Of a DNA stretch of 64,000 nt, positions 58,461 to 64,000 are shown one piece after another. The stretch is from Enoplolaimus lenunculus (taxonomy: Eukaryota). The position numbers and the translations under genes are program-made. The stretch spans positions 682,001 through 746,000 of the forward strand of contig JASANG010000273.1 of assembly GCA_030248215.1 (NCBI GenBank), read 5' to 3'. The notes under the pieces were generated by a model. That model made no database searches. It worked only from the letters and a program-made list of their open reading frames with translations, and was not told the DNA's origin. The first letter of the stretch is position 1; every line of letters starts with the position of its first letter.

Positions 58461-59552
58461 ATAAGGAATATAACACTTTATATGCTATTATAACTTTTGA
58501 TATTTGTTTAAAGCTCAAGAGGCTCAAATGCCAGTTAGCACTATGAAGACATCTACAATGCAAAAAAATAGTGGTCAAATTCACTAAGCCTTATCCGCAC
58601 TACAAAACCTGAGTCATATTCGACTCCGCCAGAGTCAAATTCGACTCACCTGAGTCGAATTTGACTATGGCATAGTCGAATATGACTCAGTTTGTGCAAT
58701 CCCGAAAAGCCTACTTCGGAGCGAGTCAATTGGACTCACCATTTTTTGCAGTGTATACAAAAATTAAGAAAATTTAACATCAATGAATTATATATAACCG
58801 TAAATATGCGAATTTTACGTCTTCTATCTTTAGAGTCGAATTTGACTATGGCATAGTCGAATATGACTCAGTTTGTGCAATCCCAAAAAGCCTACTTCGG
58901 AGCGAGTCAATTGGACTCACCATTTTTTGCTGTGTATACAAAAATTAAGAAAATTTAACATCAGTGAATTATATATAACCGTAAATATGCGAATTTTACG
59001 TCTTCTATCTTTAAACTATCATGCGGTAGTTCTCATACTTCTGTTGTGTGGTAATGCCACCGTTTCAAAGGAATTCCGATTCCGGCAAACATAGCAAAAT
59101 TTATGTTCCGATTCCGACCAAGTGAAATTTTTATATCGGAAATTCGAATTTTTGGTTTTGTGTCAACATTCTTAACATTTTGAGTTGAAGAGTTGATGAA
59201 CAATACATAAGCAAAAACCTTTCTGTGTTTCGTACTTGAATGCAATAAAACCTGGTCCTGCATCGTTTAGGACATATGCTTGCGTTTGAAATTTTTTGCT
59301 ACAAACAAAAAAATTCAATGTTTTCAAAAATTTTCCCCCAAATAATAAAATGAGTATCAAAACTTACATTGCAATTCCGATTGTGCCAAAATGTCAATTC
59401 CGACTCCAATTCCTCCTAAATGTTATTCCGATTGAAACCCTGGGTAATATCATTATTGCTATGCCGTACATGAACCCTGGCTCGCATCCGTGCAAATTTT
59501 TCGCTAGAATAGTTGTAAATTTAATACCCGTTTCTATGTTGTTTTGTTTTAG

Positions 59553-59570
59553 TGCAGCGGAAACAACTGC
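59553..59570 (+). CDS. Orphan gene 3, 18-nt microexon
   Basis: GTTTTGTTTTAG|TGCAGCGGAAACAACTGC|GTAAGT, phase 2->2. Confidence 0.55.
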
Positions 59571-60011
59571 GTAAGTTGACAATAAACGTTGTTATGATTA
59601 GGTTTATTTTGATTTCAAAGCAACGGTTGGGATGAAACTACCGTTTCGAATAATACAAGGCGTTAAAATAAAAATCAATTGCTGACAAAGTTTGAATATT
59701 TAATTGTGTATAACATTCAGTTGAAACGAAAACAAATTGAACCGGTAACACAATCTTTAACCCTCTGGGGCATATTTAAAATGTACATGTATTGAATACA
59801 ATAGTCGCAATATTTCCCAATTATTATGCAACTTCCACAATATCATGCGTACACTAGGTGACCTTTGAGGGGGAATTAAGTGTGATGAACACTAAAACCA
59901 AAAAAGCTTCAGTTCGCTCACCTACCTGGTGTGCGCATGATATTGTGAAAGTTGCATTACACGTATGCGTGTAGCAAAATTCTTCATTTTTGTTTTGTTT
60001 CTATGTTGTAG

Positions 60012-60272
60012 CGCGGACGTTCAAGACGATATCGAAACGAGTTTTTGTGATTTGATTTCGTTGGATGCCAATGAAAACAATGTGACAACGGATAAAATGC
60101 TGTCGACGCAAGAAGTCAATCATGTGACGATTCATGAAACTACACGTGTTGCAGTTGCGGTTCAAAAAATTAACTCCACTGGGACGGCCAATGAAATCGT
60201 TGGTTCTCAATATATTCTAAACGAGCAAATAGAATTCCAAAAACGTGTTAACGAAAGGCTGTACGCTTCCGC
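60012..60272 (+). CDS. Orphan gene 3, internal exon (alternatively a first exon from ATG 59965)
   Basis: Long T-rich tract then TGTAG|, donor GC|GTAAGT, 261 nt, phase 2->2. Confidence 0.7.
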
Positions 60273-60789
60273 GTAAGTGGTGATTTTGATGTATTCCGCC
60301 ACAGAATGAGACGGGAGCAGATATAAGCTTGAAGAATTAGGTTAAATATTTTGCTTTGCGAAATTTTTAGAGACAAGAAAAAGCACATTTTACAAGAAAA
60401 TCAGGTAGGTTTAACTGAATATCTGCAAAAACCTTTGAACAGTCTAATAACCAAGAAGCGAATAAAGCTAAAATTTAATAAGATGTATTTTCCAACGGCC
60501 AATGCATAGAACAGATGCAAAAAACAATAGTATAAGCATATTCCTAAGCCTAAGCCTAAGGAAAAAATTAGTCTAAACCTTAAGCTTACTCTATACCAGA
60601 CCCATAGAAAAACATTCCGCCCCTGATATTTACGCGAACCGATGCATCCCACAATAACAATACCAAGCAAGTAGTACTTACAACAAAACATTATTGAACC
60701 ATCTAAATCGTGTCTGCACCATCCTGAGTTTAGAGCACAAGTTTAGCGTACACTTAATATATCTTGCGTGCTTACGATATTCACTACAG

Positions 60790-61023
60790 AGAAAGGATAA
60801 CAAATAACGGAACGTTAATGGTTTTGCTGGCATCGTGCGCGTCTAAGGAAACTCTGGTAGCTGCGAAAAAGCGAAAATTAACCAAAGAGAAAAAAGCAGA
60901 ATTGAAAGCTGTCAAAGATTTGGCCAAACAATTCATGAAAGAATTCAAAGCGTCTGGATTGTCACTGGAGACGTTTGGTGGAGCTAAAAAACGCCGCAAG
61001 CGGCAATCTGGTACCGGCCGAAC
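60790..61023 (+). CDS. Orphan gene 3, Lys-rich exon ending in KKRRKR-Q furin-type site
   Basis: CTACAG| ... AC|GTAAGT, 234 nt, phase 2->2. Confidence 0.72.
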
Positions 61024-61791
61024 GTAAGTTTGGAGCAGTATTTAATATTTGAGCATTCGAGTAATGAAAAATTAAACACGAGATTATACAAGCAATTATG
61101 ATCATTCAAATAACGAAATTTCCGGTATCTGTATAACGGAAACGGGGTTATATAGATTTTCACTGAAAACAGAAGCGAATACCCGGTTGTTACATCCTGA
61201 AAGTTAGTAATAGGTAATGAAACAAACGAACTGAGAATGGGGCGGACCTAAAATGTCACAAAGAAGGATTAGTAGAGTAAAATAAATGTAGTAAATTTCG
61301 AGGCTCACCACTAATTGATTCAAAAGTCCCCATCATTTGCGATCACTAGCCCACACAGTTGTAGATCAAGTCTTTGGTGAGTCCAAGGATTATGTCAAGA
61401 TTTGTTAAAAAGGACGAAACTATTAATCATAAAATTCATGTTTTTTGTTTCACCACACTAGGCCTGTACTGATTTGGCCATGTGTTTTTTCGGACGTGCC
61501 TTGTATGCCTTCTGTACAGATTAATTTCATAAAATTTAAAGTCTAGTGTCTAAAATGATACATACATTTTGCGTCTTCAGAAAAAATGTATTTATACCGT
61601 TAAAATGACGTTTTTACAATCTTATAAAGCGCTTACTTTCAATATCTAATTAGCTACGCTAGCAATTCATTCCAGAATTTTCCATATGCAAAAAAAATTG
61701 TTTGAAAGATGCTCATTGTACACGAGAAAAAGCGTCTAAAATAACGTTTTATTTTTGACACAATTCGCCAACATTTTTTTAAAATCTTTAG

Positions 61792-62010
61792 ATACTCAAA
61801 TGACGAAGCGTGTCGCTCAATCGCGACCGACAGCTTTTTACAATCAAACGCCACTGTCGAATTGGTTAAATCTCAGCCTGAATTATTCAAACAAGCTGCA
61901 GCATTCACCATTGACACTGCAGAACACGTTCCTTCTATGACGACCGACGTTCGAAGCGATTATGAGTCAAAACTTAACTTCATTCAAATTGGATTGGCAT
62001 CACTTGCTGA
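61792..62010 (+). CDS. Orphan gene 3, internal exon
   Basis: TCTTTAG| ... GA|GTAAGT, 219 nt, phase 2->2, YSNDEACRSIATDSFLQSNATVELVKSQPELFKQ... This is a different frame from the ORF-track call. Confidence 0.7.
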
Positions 62011-63037
62011 GTAAGTTTTCGACTTATTCTTCCTATTCGTATGTGTCTGCGTAACCCCAGAATTTATTTCGCTTCTCTTTAAGGGACCCCCTCGCTGTCC
62101 GGTTCCAGACTATTATTTATTTTTCAATTCAGCAATTGTTATTTAGACATCATTCCATTAAAGTATGCCATCTATTTTTTTGTAGTTTATGTTCAGTTCT
62201 AAACGAATGTACGTTTAAGACTTGAGTTTGCAGTTATAAATATAGGTAACCTTGGTATGTTGAGTAACGAATCATATTCTGTACTGAAATTAGCTTGGTT
62301 CAGAAAGCATCTACGCAATACCATTACTGTAACTGGCGTTTATGGACTAAGTAGTTTTGGACGCTATCCATTTTACGGACTCCAATTAAATAGACTCCGA
62401 TTGATGCACACTAAAACTTCGCGGACTGTAAACATTACCTCCCTCTTCTTATTCTGCTATATCCAGTATTCTCAAATGTGTGTACAGTACAGCGCCTGTC
62501 ACCAATTAGCGATAAGTTTTCAAACAGACGAACCGCTGCAATTAGGTAGGACAAATCGAACGCAAAAAATGTGCTGAATTTTAAACTTCATCAATCATAT
62601 GGTTCGAAACTAACAAAACCTATCATTAATTGATTATTGGTGCTACCCACATTTAAGAATATCGACCCAGCGCATAGGCCCTCAATAGAATACGGAATTT
62701 GAAATATCCAGAGACCTTTAAGTACCAGTGTTTTTGCTGCAATTGTGAGCTATTCGAAAAACCTCAGCAGCGTTTTATAGGTTGATGCTTGCACTTATCT
62801 TTACGCCGAGACGTCAGCTTCGGCTTAGGATTACGAAGAATGTTTAAATAATGATGCTGCGCCTGTAAAATGGAACGTTGGTTGCATTTCTGATCAAATT
62901 GTACAAATTACTCTAGACGACGAGCGTGTGCAATCGTCCAATTTTGGGTAGGGGTGTCAGCTACAACAGCCATGTTTCTGTTATGCTTAAAAACAACGTA
63001 TGCGACAACAATTTTTATTAAAGTATTTTTGTTTTAG

Positions 63038-63064
63038 ATCGAGAATTAACGCTACCGAACCAAC
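63038..63064 (+). CDS. Orphan gene 3, 27-nt microexon; gene continues past it
   Basis: TTTTTGTTTTAG|ATCGAGAATTAACGCTACCGAACCAAC|GTAAGT, phase 2->2. Confidence 0.6.
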
Positions 63065-64000
63065 GTAAGTTTTATAGAATTGTCACAATATGGTATTGTA
63101 GGTACATGACTTAAGACGAATTTTAATGAGCAACAAAGACTTACATGATTTGTAGAATGTTCGTTTAGGATTTGGCTAAGCTTAGCACTGCGTTGAAATT
63201 CAGCCCTAATCTTCAAGAACTATTCACACATGCGTGTTTTTTGCAGCGAGAACACGCAGCTGAAATTTGCAAGAGTGACTGGTTCTTAATTGCGGTATAA
63301 TATTAGGGCTAAATTCCGCTGCTGCAATTTGCAAGAGTGACCTGTAGCTGAAAGTAATTAAAGGAATTTAACTTTTATTCTGAATCTTGACATAAAGTTA
63401 TATGAATAATTTACAGACGATTGCGATAAATATCAATCATAATCTATATTTTAGTACAGCCAATGTTACAAATTAATTCGACTTGCAAGGCTATATATGA
63501 ATTAATTCTTTGCGTATATTCATCATAGATAAATTGCAGCTGCACGTTCTCCGGATGAATTTTCGAAAACAATGGGCGTTACTCGAAACTTCATGCTATT
63601 AAATTTAATTCACACATGTAAATAAAGTTGCAAGTCTGTGGAATTTATTGAAACTGTAATTGTTTGGTCAATTGGAAACCAGGTTATTAAGCGTTTAACC
63701 AGTTAGTTAAGCGTTTTAATTCAAACTTTTCAATATAGGCAAGAAGCGTGAATTAATTCAAATATATATCCAATTTGTCTGATATTTGGCAGTGACGGCA
63801 ATACCGAGTGGACTAGTTTTGCATCTACCTAGCACTGATGAGAAACAGTTTGTTTTGAAATTATTTTCAACTCAAGAAATTTTGTGTAACTCCCATTTTT
63901 TGAAAAGTGATTCCGAGTACTTGCAGCTGCTATTTATTCATGATAAACATAGGCAAAAAATCCAATTCATTATAATAAGTAGAAATAGAATTGCATTGCG

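Noticed and set aside
59965..60011. Signal peptide MRVAKFFIFVLFLCCS as the start of gene 3
   Set aside because: The Phe-rich stretch is more simply the polypyrimidine tract of an acceptor at 60011 whose phase matches the upstream microexon. It remains a possible alternative start.

Overview
Eukaryotic, AT-rich, intron- and repeat-dense animal DNA. It is probably a nematode, inferred only from TTAGGC telomere-type repeats and TTTCAG/TTTTAG acceptors. Three + strand spliced genes can be reconstructed by hand from GT..AG boundaries and consistent intron phases. (1) A 2-exon TMEM199/VMA12 V-ATPase assembly factor homolog (3238-6568, 212 aa). (2) A 17-exon, ~1291-aa type-I membrane protein (17413-47600) with seven highly diverged CUB-like modules, each encoded by a phase 1-2-1 exon pair, plus a furin site, one TM helix and a polyQ/PPxY tail. 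(3) An incomplete orphan gene (>=57316 to beyond 63064) made only of phase-2 symmetric exons, including 18- and 27-nt microexons. The long ORFs in the track at 10-13 kb and 41.5-44.4 kb are satellite artefacts. The most unusual signal is a family of five 190-250 bp elements with TG..CA ends and 5-bp target duplications, resembling solo LTRs, each carrying an internal tRNA-like Pol III module. Other mobile DNA includes a MITE carrying TTAGGC repeats, a 3.5-kb TIR element filled with a G-rich 9-bp satellite, Helentron/DINE-1-like elements and many nested MITEs. All coordinates were counted by hand and no searches were run.
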